From IMG/VR virus record IMGVR_UViG_3300047315_000823: 64,000 nucleotides of DNA; one strand, given 5' to 3'. This DNA comes from a virus. Shown in pieces: positions 44,440 to 54,115 of this stretch. The translations under genes were made by a program, and so were the position numbers. Under the pieces are notes generated by a model. The model was not told the DNA's origin. It did not search any database and worked only from the letters and a program-made list of their open reading frames with translations. The stretch's first letter is position 1; every line of letters starts with the position of its first letter.

Positions 44440-44903
44440 ACCGGGCTGGGCTCCTCGTTCACCGCCAGGGCGGCGGCGAAGAGCGTGCGGGCCGTCCCGT
44501 CGTTCACCACGTCCAGCAGACGGTCGACCTGCGCGAGCGTCAGCGACGGCTCGATACAGCAGGCGACGAGGACCGCCGGGAGGAACGTCCCCGCGTCGTA
44601 GGGCTCTTTGGAGCCTTCCGGGGCGGGGTGCGCGGCCAGCAGGTTGCTGTAGGCGCGGTGCCCGAGTGCCCGGAACCGGAACTCGACCGCCGTATCGCGC
44701 ACCCGCTGCCTGGCGACCTCGATCCGCTCCTGGAGCTCAAGCGCCGGATTCGCCTCGCCGAGCGACGCCGGCCGCCACTCCCCCAGTTGTCCGAGTTCCT
44801 CTTCCAGCGCCTCCAGCTCGGCGCCCGCGTCGCCCGCAAGACACACCTGCATGGCGGCCTCGCGAGGCGACGCCCCTGCCAGCAGCTCCGAGATGTCCGG
44901 CAT
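44427..44903 (-). CDS. Tail assembly chaperone (G)
   Basis: Follows the major tail gene; ends at the slippery site V-P-F-S*. Confidence 0.8.
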   Translation of the reverse strand: MPDISELLAGASPREAAMQVCLAGDAGAELEALEEELGQLGEWRPASLGEANPALELQERIEVARQRVRDTAVEFRFRALGHRAYSNLLAAHPAPEGSKEPYDAGTFLPAVLVACCIEPSLTLAQVDRLLDVVNDGTARTLFAAALAVNEEPSPVPFS

Positions 44904-45382
44904 CAGGCGACGACAGCCCTTGTCGCCGGGTCGGAGGTGACCTTGAGGGGGCTCATGAACTTCGAGACCTCGTTGGCTGCCGGGGCGATGTTCTGCGCCT
45001 CGCCCGCCGTCACCGGGTAGACCTCGACCTTGTCGCTGGTGGCGTAGGCGGTCGCGAAGGCCACGCCGCGGCGCACGACCAGGTAGCCGGACGCACTGTA
45101 CGTCAGCGTCGTGAACGGCTGGTCCTCGATCGTGGTGCTGCCACGCTTGAACGTCACCTCGACCGAGTAGGAGCGGCGGCCGGGCTGGTTGGTCGTGAAC
45201 GTCGATCCCAGCGAGCTGGTGTCAACGTCAGCGGTCGACGGGTCCGTCTTCAGACCGTCAGGGGTGATCCGCAGCGTCCAGTCGGAGCCGCCGTTCAGCT
45301 CGCTGGCGGTCGGCGCGTTGATGTTCGCGATGGACGGCACCCACGAAACCTTCGTGTTGCCATCGCTGATCAGGTCAGACAT
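44903..45382 (-). CDS. Major tail (tube) protein
   Basis: DGNTKVSWVPSIANINAPTASELNGG; GDKVEVYPV-like motif. Confidence 0.85.
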   Translation of the reverse strand: MSDLISDGNTKVSWVPSIANINAPTASELNGGSDWTLRITPDGLKTDPSTADVDTSSLGSTFTTNQPGRRSYSVEVTFKRGSTTIEDQPFTTLTYSASGYLVVRRGVAFATAYATSDKVEVYPVTAGEAQNIAPAANEVSKFMSPLKVTSDPATRAVVA

Positions 45383-45400
45383 GAACCCTCCTCAGGGCAC

Positions 45401-45425
45401 AAAAAAAAGCCCCGAGCAGCGGGGC
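45401..45425 (-). terminator. Intrinsic terminator upstream of the major tail gene
   Basis: GCCCCG-CTGCT-CGGGGC followed by T8. Confidence 0.75.
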
Positions 45426-45449
45426 GGACGAGACGGGGCGGGCGGGAGG

Positions 45450-45779
45450 TCAGATGCGTACTGCGGCGACCGTCACCGAGGTCGTCGCCGAGTACGTGAC
45501 CGAGGCGAGACCGTCCGAGAGGCCAGCGAACAAGTCCTGCGTGATCGGGCCGATCATCATGTCGCCGGTGGTCGCGGGGACCGTGACGACGACGTCGGCC
45601 GCGAGCTGTCCGCGGACCTTCGCGGTCGACGACAGGGTGACGGTCATCGAGCTGCCGTTCGCGTTCTTGACGTGCAGGAACGTCCGCTCGCCGACCACAA
45701 TCTTCGTGGATGCGGCGGCGGCGCTGTAGGTCGGGGCCAGGCCCGCGAGGTTGATGACCTGGGTGGTCAGGGTTGCCAT
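45450..45779 (-). CDS. Small beta-rich virion protein
   Basis: Thr/Val-rich, LHVKNANGSSMTVT; between the tail terminator and major tail genes. Confidence 0.65.
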   Translation of the reverse strand: MATLTTQVINLAGLAPTYSAAAASTKIVVGERTFLHVKNANGSSMTVTLSSTAKVRGQLAADVVVTVPATTGDMMIGPITQDLFAGLSDGLASVTYSATTSVTVAAVRI

Positions 45780-45790
45780 GGGGGTCTCCT

Positions 45791-46201
45791 CTACTGGGGG
45801 ACGGAGCGCAGCCGGTAGCGGCTTGCGGCGTAGAAACAGGGCGGGACGACGTCGTCGTCGCGCTGCACCGGCTGCCCGTCGAGGGACTCCGGTTTCCAGG
45901 ACGTGCGCCCGTCGACCGTCAGGACCACGGACAGAGCGGCCATGGCCCGGTCGGACACCGACAGGGCCTGCCCTGCCGTCAGCCCCACACAGGTCAGCTG
46001 GACGACGCTGGAAAAGTTGACCCGGTCGTCGCCGAGCGATGCCCGCTCCGCCCGGCCCGGGTCGGGGTACAGCACCACGTAGGGAGTGGCCGCGGTCGGT
46101 TTCACGTCGGCCGGAGCCCCACCCGTGTACACGGTCAGGCCGGCAGCGGTGAGAGCCGCCTCGACGGCATCGACGTGGGGAAGAACCGCGGGGGCCGTCA
46201 T
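45791..46201 (-). CDS. Tail terminator protein
   Basis: TPYVVLYP, VQLTCVG; canonical position. Confidence 0.75.
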   Translation of the reverse strand: MTAPAVLPHVDAVEAALTAAGLTVYTGGAPADVKPTAATPYVVLYPDPGRAERASLGDDRVNFSSVVQLTCVGLTAGQALSVSDRAMAALSVVLTVDGRTSWKPESLDGQPVQRDDDVVPPCFYAASRYRLRSVPQ

Positions 46202-46214
46202 TGATGACCTCCCG

Positions 46215-46622
46215 TCACGTGTCGTCCTGCACCGTCATCCGCCATGCGGTCGCGGTCGAGCTGAAGTCGACGGCCATCACTGCGAACGGCCGGTCGACGA
46301 GCCGCGTGTCACCGGACGCGGTGATCGTGACGGTGTCGCCAACCTGCAGGTCGTCCGTGGCCAACGCTCCGAACGGCAGCGCGAGTTCGTAGCGGGCCAC
46401 GACCGTCAGCCGCTCCCCCGCGTCCTCGTCGCGAGGAACCCGCTGGGGCTTGAGGCGGCACGAACCCGAGTACAGGACCGTCGGCGAGCCCGGCGTCAGC
46501 ACGCTCGTGGAGCGGTCCAGCGTCGGCGCCCCCGGCCGGCTGATCGTGCACGTGTCCACCAGCAGCTGCTCGTGGGCAGCGCGGCCCGCCGCCAGCAGCG
46601 GCTGAATGTCGATAGCTGTCAT
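46215..46622 (-). CDS. Head closure / stopper protein
   Basis: DTCTISRP, LYSGSCRL, GDTVTIT; TGATG overlap. Confidence 0.75.
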   Translation of the reverse strand: MTAIDIQPLLAAGRAAHEQLLVDTCTISRPGAPTLDRSTSVLTPGSPTVLYSGSCRLKPQRVPRDEDAGERLTVVARYELALPFGALATDDLQVGDTVTITASGDTRLVDRPFAVMAVDFSSTATAWRMTVQDDT

Positions 46623-47251
46623 CACGTCACCGGCGCCACAGAGAACGACCCGCCGCGGTACTGCCGCAGGGCAATCTTGTGGTCCTGTGTGAGCTGAGGG
46701 CCCCCGATGGTCTCCGCGGCAAACGTTCTGGAGTAGTCGTCGATCGACTCCGAGCGCAGGCCCTGCGGGTTCGTCATGGCCATCGACGCGAGGTCGAGGA
46801 CAATATCGACGACGTCGTCGGGGACCTCCGCCCAGCCGTGGCTGTAGGTGACCCGGACCCGCTGGGCCCAGATCCCCATGGGCCGCATGAACGGCCAGCC
46901 CATCAGCCGGGTCGGCGCCCACCACTGCTCGCCGCGGGTCAGCTCGGAGCCGATCCGGGTGAAGTCCCGTCCCTCGAGCGCCGTGTACTCCTGATCGGCG
47001 ATTCCGAACAGTTCGACCACCGTCAGCGGGTGGGTGTCGTCGACGACCACCGGGCGCTGCGGCAGCCGCAGAATCTTGCCGTTGCCGGGCAGGGTGATGG
47101 TGTCGTTCTCCACCAGCGTGAACTGCTGTCGGCTGTACTTGCGGACCCGGGCGGAGGCCCGGCGCAGGGCCATGGCCGCCTGCGCCGGATCCAACGTCCG
47201 CTGCAAGGCGGCCTCGAGGTCCGCCTGCGTTGCGAGAGGGGTCGGGGACAT
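46622..47251 (-). CDS. Head-tail adaptor
   Basis: PLATQADL, ASARVR, VTYSHGW..VPDD, NPQGLRSESIDDYS. Confidence 0.8.
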   Translation of the reverse strand: MSPTPLATQADLEAALQRTLDPAQAAMALRRASARVRKYSRQQFTLVENDTITLPGNGKILRLPQRPVVVDDTHPLTVVELFGIADQEYTALEGRDFTRIGSELTRGEQWWAPTRLMGWPFMRPMGIWAQRVRVTYSHGWAEVPDDVVDIVLDLASMAMTNPQGLRSESIDDYSRTFAAETIGGPQLTQDHKIALRQYRGGSFSVAPVT

Positions 47252-47263
47252 CAGAAGCCCCCT

Positions 47264-47638
47264 CTACTCCTCGGAGTCGGCCAGGGCCGTCAGCCGCTTC
47301 ACCACAGTCGAGCGGGGCTTGTCCTTCGCCTGCTCCGCTTCCAGAGCTGCGGCAGCGCGCTCGGGGTCGCCGTCCACCCACGCCATGAGGTCGTCGATGG
47401 TGCCGTCCACTGGCGGTCCGTCACCGTCGCCCGGGTCCTCCGAGTCGTCGGCGGGCTCCTTGGGCGGTTCCGGGACAGCCTTGGGCTCCGGATCGGCCTC
47501 GGTGATCTCCACCGTGCCCTCCGGGGTATTCGCGGCAAGGTGACGGGCCAGATCGCCGTCGTACTCCTCGCCCTTGCCGAACTCGCGGACCTCGTAGTTC
47601 CAGTACGCCCGCGTCGGCCGCAGCATGCGTACACGCAT
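47264..47638 (-). CDS. Small acidic capsid-adjacent protein
   Basis: C-terminal IDDLMAWV...ALEAEQAKDKPRSTVV domain. Confidence 0.65.
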   Translation of the reverse strand: MRVRMLRPTRAYWNYEVREFGKGEEYDGDLARHLAANTPEGTVEITEADPEPKAVPEPPKEPADDSEDPGDGDGPPVDGTIDDLMAWVDGDPERAAAALEAEQAKDKPRSTVVKRLTALADSEE

Positions 47639-47715
47639 CGCTGCTCTCCTTCCTTGGTGGAGGGCCCGTCGGCGCGGACGGACAGGGAAGCGTCCGCGCC
47701 GACGGGAGACGGGGA

Positions 47716-49053
47716 TCAGGCGTGCTCGATGACGACGCCGCGCTTGTACAGCGCCGCGTCGCCCGTGCCCGCGTCGGACGGGACGCCGTAGTCGCCGACC
47801 CACGACCAGGTCGAGGAGATGACCTGCTGCAGGCGGTCCTGCGCCGGACGCACCAGCAGGGTGACGTCCACTCCGGGCGCCGCCGCGATGCTGCGGATCT
47901 CGGGCACGTCCTCGACGCCGGTACCGGCGAGGAGGTTGTTGGTGCCCTCGAACGGAGCCGACATCAGCGCGTTCGCGCCCAGCACGATCGGCCGGTGCAC
48001 CGTCAGCGTGCCCGCCGAGCCGCCGTTCGTGATGACCGGCGCCTCCAGGTTGCGCACCCAGTCGATCCCTGCAAACCTTCCGATGCTGAGGTCCCGGTAG
48101 ATCGGGGAGTCCACGCGGCCCTGCAGCGCCTGCTTGAAGTCGGAGTCCGCGAACAGCTGCGCCTCGGTGTCGGGGTCGATGTGCGCGACGTAGTAGCCGC
48201 CCACCGTCGGAACCGCCATCTTCCGCAGACGCGCCACCGCGGCCCGGAAGTTGGCGAACGTCACGACGTTCGAACCGCTCAGGTCGTAGGCGGAGTTTCC
48301 GGTCGCCCGGACCGTCACCGGAGCGTTCACCGCGACCACGTAGTCACCGGCGACGTCCGTGCGGGCCGTACCCAGCGTCAGGGTGCTGGTGCCGGTGTTC
48401 ACGCCGGTCACCGTGTTGCCGGTACCTGCGATGGTCACCGTCAGCGGGTTCGACGCCGACACCGGGGTCGGAACGCCGTTGACCATGACCGTGGTGAACC
48501 CGGCCACGGACTGCACGATGATCGACGTGTCCGAGGATCCGGCCGTGGTGCACCAGGTCCGGCCGCCCGAGTACGCGCCGTACAGCTTGTTGCGGGCGAC
48601 CTGGTTGATGGTCTGCCCGGCGTTGATGCCGAGGTTCTCGACGTCCGCGAGGAACTTGGACGCGAGGGCCATCGAGCTGCCCAGCATGTTGGTGTCCATG
48701 CTGTTCGCGTACTGATCCATGGTCACGGACCACTGCTCGATGCTGTACGTCGCGGCCGACGGGTCCGACCCGGTCACCGGCGTCACGACCGGAGCCAAGA
48801 GGCCCTTCCTCGTGAACGTCTTGGTGTCGCCGAGGCCGCCCATCCACGGCTCCGCGTCCGCGATCTGCGGGAAGAGGAAGTTGGGCACCAGTGCGTCCCG
48901 GAAGACGCGGTCGAGCATCCCGTTCTGCAGCATCGCCTGGATGCCAGCAGGCAGGGACGGGCGGACACCGGCGTGCCGGTCGAGCCGGAACCACCGCCGG
49001 GCCAGGCCCTGGACGGAAGGCCGCGGACGGGCCGCGGTCAGGCTGGGGGTCAT
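47716..49053 (-). CDS. Major capsid protein
   Basis: Position after scaffold and protease; YVAHIDPDTEAQLF, GRFAGIDWV; N-terminal WFRLDRH motif. Confidence 0.88.
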   Translation of the reverse strand: MTPSLTAARPRPSVQGLARRWFRLDRHAGVRPSLPAGIQAMLQNGMLDRVFRDALVPNFLFPQIADAEPWMGGLGDTKTFTRKGLLAPVVTPVTGSDPSAATYSIEQWSVTMDQYANSMDTNMLGSSMALASKFLADVENLGINAGQTINQVARNKLYGAYSGGRTWCTTAGSSDTSIIVQSVAGFTTVMVNGVPTPVSASNPLTVTIAGTGNTVTGVNTGTSTLTLGTARTDVAGDYVVAVNAPVTVRATGNSAYDLSGSNVVTFANFRAAVARLRKMAVPTVGGYYVAHIDPDTEAQLFADSDFKQALQGRVDSPIYRDLSIGRFAGIDWVRNLEAPVITNGGSAGTLTVHRPIVLGANALMSAPFEGTNNLLAGTGVEDVPEIRSIAAAPGVDVTLLVRPAQDRLQQVISSTWSWVGDYGVPSDAGTGDAALYKRGVVIEHA

Positions 49054-49054
49054 G

Positions 49055-49243
49055 TCACTCCTCAGTGATCTCAACGGACACCAGGTCCGGGTATTGCTCG
49101 GCCAACATCTGAAGGCCGAGCAGTGCGGTTTGGGCGATGGCCGATACGGCGGCGCAGACGCGACCCCCAGCGGCATGCTCTTCGTGACCGGCCACCGTGA
49201 TCTCGGTGCGCCCGTCGCCCAGATGGGCGCGGACTTCGATCAC
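49055..49243 (-). CDS. Prp-like (phage-related ribosomal-type) cysteine protease
   Basis: ITVAGH...VCAAVSAIAQTALLGL carries the His/Cys catalytic pair pattern. Confidence 0.8.
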   Translation of the reverse strand: MIEVRAHLGDGRTEITVAGHEEHAAGGRVCAAVSAIAQTALLGLQMLAEQYPDLVSVEITEE

Positions 49244-49980
49244 ACGCGTTGCCGGTAGCCGAATTTGGCGAGCTCCGCAGCCACGGCGTCCTTCGAGGCG
49301 GTGCGATAGTCCACGGGCGCGGTGCCGCCGCGCGAGCCCTGGCCCGGATCGGGCTTCGGCTTCGGCTTCGGTTCGGCGGCCGGGGCGGCCGGCTCGGGCT
49401 TCGCCCAGTGCGGCTTGCGCTCCAGCAGATCCGACAGGGCCGTCTCGATCGCGTCCATGTCGATCTCACCGTCGGCGTCGACGTACTGACTGGGGTCACG
49501 CATCAGCACATCCACGGCGTCCGCCGGGTCGGCGAACTCACCGGCTGCGGCCCGCACCTCGGCAGCCACAGCACGCGCGGTCGCCTTTGCTTCCCGCTGA
49601 GCGGATCGCTCGGCCTTCGCGGCGAGCTTCTCCGACTCCGACTTCTGCGCGTCCTCGAACTCCTGCACCTTGCGGGCAAGTTCGTCGGCGCGCTTCTTCT
49701 CGGCGGCGGCAGCCTTCTTCGCCTCGCCGCGTTCACGCTTCATGCGGTCGAGGGCCTTCTTGCCGGCCTCGCCGAGAGCGTCCGCGTCATCGGGCTCGGG
49801 GTCCGGATCGGCAGGATCGCCGTCGGGCTCCGGGTCAGGTTCGGGCTCGGGGTCTGCGGGATCGGCCGCCGGGTCCGGAGCGGGCTCCGGGTCGACAGGG
49901 TCGGGGTCGTCGTGGCGGTTCAGCTGGAACCAGCCCGCGCTCTGGGCAGCGGGCAGCCAGCGGGTACGCGTCTTACTCAT
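49240..49980 (-). CDS. Capsid scaffolding protein
   Basis: Acidic DP/EP repeats, coiled coil; N-terminal WFQLNRH motif. Confidence 0.85.
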   Translation of the reverse strand: MSKTRTRWLPAAQSAGWFQLNRHDDPDPVDPEPAPDPAADPADPEPEPDPEPDGDPADPDPEPDDADALGEAGKKALDRMKRERGEAKKAAAAEKKRADELARKVQEFEDAQKSESEKLAAKAERSAQREAKATARAVAAEVRAAAGEFADPADAVDVLMRDPSQYVDADGEIDMDAIETALSDLLERKPHWAKPEPAAPAAEPKPKPKPDPGQGSRGGTAPVDYRTASKDAVAAELAKFGYRQRV

Positions 49981-50028
49981 GGTGGTGGGTCTCCCGTTGC
50001 GGGATCAGTGACTGCGCCTTGCGCGCGG

Positions 50029-51066
50029 TCAGTTCAGATAGCCGAAGCGCCGCAGGAGGCGGATCAGCTCATCCCGGCCGTCGGCGAGGCGAAGGATTTC
50101 GCCCGGCGTCAGTCGGGGAGTCTGCAGCTTGAATCGGGGCAGGCCCTGCTCCACGTCGGCGCCGCCCCGTGCGAAGCGCTGTCCGGTCCTCTGCTCCGTC
50201 TCGCGGCGCATCTGCTGGTAGAAGTCACCACGGCGCGTCGTCCCCTCGAGCGTCGCCTTGACCTTGCGGCCGTAGGCCTCCACCTTCACCGTGGATCGGC
50301 TGGCGTTGACGACCTTGTAGATGTCGGCACCGTTGCGGATCGCCTCCGCGCCACCCAGGCCGAACCGGCGATCCTGCTCCGTGCGAGACAAGCCCTTGAA
50401 GAAGCCCATCGGGTTCGTGTGGCGCCCCGGGCGGGCCTCCGTCGCGGGGGTCCCGTAGCACTGGCACCGTCGATGGCGTTCGAAATCGGCGTTGTAGCGG
50501 TACCAGCGCCCGGCGAGGATCACGCAGCGCGCGCACGCGCCCGACCGGACCGTCCGCACGTACCCGGTCACCGACCTGTTCGCGACCATGGCCACGCTGG
50601 CCGCACCACGGCCGGCATCCGCGACCTCCGATGCCGCGATCCGCAGGAGTTGGGCCTGCCCGGCGAGCATGGCCTCCTGCAACGTCAGGCCGCCGCCGAT
50701 CAGGGTCTTGGTGCGGATCACCGGCAGATACAGCAGCGAATCCAGCGTCCGGCCATCCGCGGCGACACCCGAAAGGGCGCGGGCATCCACATGCAATGCC
50801 TGCTCCAGGTAGTTGTTGGCCAGGCCGTCTTGGCGGACCATCGCCTCGATGTACGGCTGGCCCGTCGACGCCGCGATCAGCTGGCCGGCCGAGACCGCCT
50901 TGACCATCGCCGCGCCCAGGCCCTGCAGCCACGACCCGGTCAGATCCGCGGCGGCAAGCTGCTTCCACAGTCTTTGCATCCGGATCGTCGTCTGCAGCAC
51001 GGCCCGTCGCTGCGCCGCACCGTAGGCCGTCACGATCTCGTCCTGGACCTGCGTGTCCGTTGCCAT
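50029..51066 (-). CDS. MuF-like minor capsid / head morphogenesis protein
   Basis: GYVR...ACARC..LA...H..C.C motif; directly after the portal gene. Confidence 0.75.
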   Translation of the reverse strand: MATDTQVQDEIVTAYGAAQRRAVLQTTIRMQRLWKQLAAADLTGSWLQGLGAAMVKAVSAGQLIAASTGQPYIEAMVRQDGLANNYLEQALHVDARALSGVAADGRTLDSLLYLPVIRTKTLIGGGLTLQEAMLAGQAQLLRIAASEVADAGRGAASVAMVANRSVTGYVRTVRSGACARCVILAGRWYRYNADFERHRRCQCYGTPATEARPGRHTNPMGFFKGLSRTEQDRRFGLGGAEAIRNGADIYKVVNASRSTVKVEAYGRKVKATLEGTTRRGDFYQQMRRETEQRTGQRFARGGADVEQGLPRFKLQTPRLTPGEILRLADGRDELIRLLRRFGYLN

Positions 51067-51067
51067 G

Positions 51068-52465
51068 TCAGCCGGCCAGGCCGGTGTCCCCGGGCGCCGG
51101 AGCGGAAGGCGTCGGCTCCGGCTGGGCCGTGGACAGCTGGTGCAGGTCCATCGCTGTCATCCGGGTCAGTGCCTCGTCCTGCATGCCCCGCATCCGGTCC
51201 CGCTGCACCGCCGAGTAGCCGAGGTCCTCCCACGCCTGCTCGGTCGGCAGAATGCCGGAGGCGTGAAGCTTCACGACCGCGTCGGCCTTCTGCGCGTAGG
51301 TCGGGGTCGCCGGGTCCCGCCACACCGTTTCCAGCTTGCGGGTCCGCGGGTCCAACTCGCCGTCCCGAACCAGGAGAACGAGCCTCATCACCCGCTCCCA
51401 CGCCTCGCCGAACGCCCGCTGTCGGCGCTCCGCCCGCTTCACCAGCCGGGCCTCCGACGCACGGATCGCGTCCGCGGACGGCGGCTGGTCGGTGGCCAGG
51501 CCGAGGAACGCCGGCGGCAGGCCCGTCAGCGCGGCCACCAGGCGGGCAAGCACGTTGATCGTCTCGTGGAAGTTGCTGAGTTGAGCTTCGGGAAACTGCC
51601 CAAATTTGACGTTGTCGCCCTCGTTCACCCACAGGCGGCCCGCCAGGGACGACATGGCGCCCAGGGGCTGGTTGTTCTCGTCGGCGAAGTCGTCCCGGGA
51701 CATGCCTGTCGCCCAGCGGCGCGGCATCGCGTGGTACTCAGCGCTGACCATCATGTCCGAGGCGATCTTGCAGGCCGCGTCCGAGATCGGGACCACCGAG
51801 CGTAGCTCCGACGTGCCGTCCAGGTGCCGCAGCCGCGGCCGGTTGGCCAGCGGGACGACCAGCACCTGGCCAAGGTTGTGCTCGTCGCGGTCGACCTCGA
51901 CCCAGGCGCCCTTCTGCTGCTCGAACGTCATCCGCGCGTCCGGCAGGTACAGGGTCGCCCACTTCACCGGCGCAGACCCGGCCGCAGGCTCCTCCCAGCG
52001 CTTCACCGCGGCCGTCACCTGACGGGTGCGGGGATCCCGCTCGGCGAACACCTCCAGGGCGGACTCGGCGGTGACGATCGGCGTGGACTCGTCGTCCTCG
52101 TTCGCACCGATGATCACGTAGGAGCGCTTCAGGGCCAGCGCGTCGACGTGGGCCTGCTGGCTGCCCTCGTCCATGTCGGAGGCCTGCCACACCGACCACA
52201 GGTCATCGGCCGTGGTCTCACTGTCCGCGTACCGGAATCCCTCGACGTCCAGGCGCTCGTCGAGCGCGTCCACGACCAACTGCGGCCAGTTGATGACCAG
52301 CTGCCGCATCCGGTCCGACAGCTCCGACTGGATCTCCGGCGCCAGATAGCTCAGCGGCTGCGTGCCCTCGTAGTACGAATCCATCAACCGCAGCTGCGGC
52401 AGATCGTTGTCGTGGCAGTGAATCAGCCGCTTCAGCCAGGCATCCGGCTCGAGGTCGAGGGCCAC
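51068..52465 (-). CDS. Portal protein (SPP1 gp6-like)
   Basis: NWPQLVVDALDERL, PLANRP, YHAMPRRW, SADAIRASE.RL. Confidence 0.9.
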   Translation of the reverse strand: MALDLEPDAWLKRLIHCHDNDLPQLRLMDSYYEGTQPLSYLAPEIQSELSDRMRQLVINWPQLVVDALDERLDVEGFRYADSETTADDLWSVWQASDMDEGSQQAHVDALALKRSYVIIGANEDDESTPIVTAESALEVFAERDPRTRQVTAAVKRWEEPAAGSAPVKWATLYLPDARMTFEQQKGAWVEVDRDEHNLGQVLVVPLANRPRLRHLDGTSELRSVVPISDAACKIASDMMVSAEYHAMPRRWATGMSRDDFADENNQPLGAMSSLAGRLWVNEGDNVKFGQFPEAQLSNFHETINVLARLVAALTGLPPAFLGLATDQPPSADAIRASEARLVKRAERRQRAFGEAWERVMRLVLLVRDGELDPRTRKLETVWRDPATPTYAQKADAVVKLHASGILPTEQAWEDLGYSAVQRDRMRGMQDEALTRMTAMDLHQLSTAQPEPTPSAPAPGDTGLAG

Positions 52466-52480
52466 AAGTCACCCCCGTCG

Positions 52481-54115
52481 TCATCGCATCACTGTTGTCC
52501 TGCTCGATTTCCTGGGCCGTGCCAGACCAGCGGCAATCGCGTCGCCCGCGGCTTCGTGGGCGAGGACGGACACCACCGCCATGTCGATCTTTTGATGCGG
52601 TGCGGCCTTACGGAGCACGTACCGGCCAGCAGTGCGGGCCGCCTTCCGGGCGTGCCCCACGTGCGCCGACGTGTCCTCGCAGCCGTCATGCGCGAAGGCA
52701 CTGTCGGCCTTCGTCACGTCCGTCAGGAGCCGTTCACAGGCGGCGTGCATCTGAACGATGCGGTTCGTGTACCAGCGGACAACCCGCTTCTCGCCGTACT
52801 TCTCCGCCCACGTGTCGACCTCGGTCTCCCAGTAGGGCGGATCGCAGTACGCGCGCACCACCGTGTAGCGGCGCATCAGCTCATCCAAAGCCGCATCCAC
52901 CTCTAGGCGCGGCACCTGGCCACCCCACTCGGACGGATCCCAAATCGTCGGCAGGGACAGCGAGCTGTACGTCGGCGTGAACTGGTAGCCGTCCAACGTC
53001 TCGGCCCTCAGCCCGGTCCAGTCGTCGATGTCCGAGCCGTCGAAGCCAAGGACCACCGGGGTGCCGTCCGGGACCTCGCGAGGCTTAGCCCGCTCATCCC
53101 ACCGGTCGCGGTGCAGCCACGTTCCCGTACCTGCCACGATGCGATTTCCGAAGAATCGCTCCGCCTCGGCCGGCTCCTTCTCCATCAGTTCGGCAGCTTC
53201 GCCCTCGATGGCGTCGAGGTCGATATGCGTACTGCCCGCGTATACGTGCCGGTGGATCTTCCGGCGCTCCGCCTTATTGGAATACGACAGGCCGCCTGGT
53301 GGCAGCCGGTGGAACCGGTAGACGTCCTTGACCTTGGAATCGGCCGTGCGCTGTGCCACCGAATTCTCCGACGGGTCCCAGCCGTTCGTCGTCTCCAGCG
53401 ACCGGCCTGACATGCCCGCAAGGCCACGGCGCTGTGTCGTCGCGACCTTGGTCATCTTGTTGCCCTCGGTCCAGATTCCAGTCTCATCCTGGATGGCGAA
53501 GGTGATCGGGTTACCGAGGCGGGACTGTGCGCTGCTCGTCACCACGTCGATGCGGCCATCGTTCGGCAGACGGACGAACTGCTCGCCCACCTTCATCAAC
53601 TCGCCCAACGGACCGTTACGGATCATCGCCTGCAGCGGCCGGTAGACGTTGTCCGTCTGATCCTCGGACGTAGCCGTGATCTGCAGCAGGGGCCTCGTCC
53701 ACGGGCGGCCCATCGGCTCACCCGGCTCGTACTCGTACACCCAGCCGCAGCCACAGCCGTGAGCCCGGCAGTCGTACAGCTCGCCACCCTCAGCCCAGCC
53801 CGCAAAGAGGACCGGACCGACCGCCTCTGCGGCCGTAATGCCAGCCGTCCACGGCCCCTTGCCGGACTTCTGTGGCGCGACCACCTGACCGCGGCGATAG
53901 TGGAACGCCGTCGACAGCTGCCCCAGCTTCGCCTCAGGGCGGACCCGGTAGAAGTGCGCTGTGCACCATAGCTGCCAGTCGTACATTTCGAACGACTGAG
54001 GCTCACTGGTCAGACCGCCCACGGACTCCAAGCGGCAGTGCTGCAGGATCCAGTCGGGCACCACGTACAAGGTTGGGAAATCGCGCGGCCAGGTTCCGTC
54101 ATCAGCTGCTGCCAT
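52481..54115 (-). CDS. terL: Terminase large subunit
   Basis: PQKSGKGP Walker A, QDETG Walker B, LGFDGS..DD, KIDMAV. Confidence 0.92.
   Translation of the reverse strand: MAAADDGTWPRDFPTLYVVPDWILQHCRLESVGGLTSEPQSFEMYDWQLWCTAHFYRVRPEAKLGQLSTAFHYRRGQVVAPQKSGKGPWTAGITAAEAVGPVLFAGWAEGGELYDCRAHGCGCGWVYEYEPGEPMGRPWTRPLLQITATSEDQTDNVYRPLQAMIRNGPLGELMKVGEQFVRLPNDGRIDVVTSSAQSRLGNPITFAIQDETGIWTEGNKMTKVATTQRRGLAGMSGRSLETTNGWDPSENSVAQRTADSKVKDVYRFHRLPPGGLSYSNKAERRKIHRHVYAGSTHIDLDAIEGEAAELMEKEPAEAERFFGNRIVAGTGTWLHRDRWDERAKPREVPDGTPVVLGFDGSDIDDWTGLRAETLDGYQFTPTYSSLSLPTIWDPSEWGGQVPRLEVDAALDELMRRYTVVRAYCDPPYWETEVDTWAEKYGEKRVVRWYTNRIVQMHAACERLLTDVTKADSAFAHDGCEDTSAHVGHARKAARTAGRYVLRKAAPHQKIDMAVVSVLAHEAAGDAIAAGLARPRKSSRTTVMR

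Noticed and set aside
49249-51558. Long plus-strand ORFs opposite structural genes (also 37554-39545, 1678-3219, 11188-12720)
   Set aside because: Antisense shadows of high-GC3 genes; no motifs, and composition is typical of reverse frames
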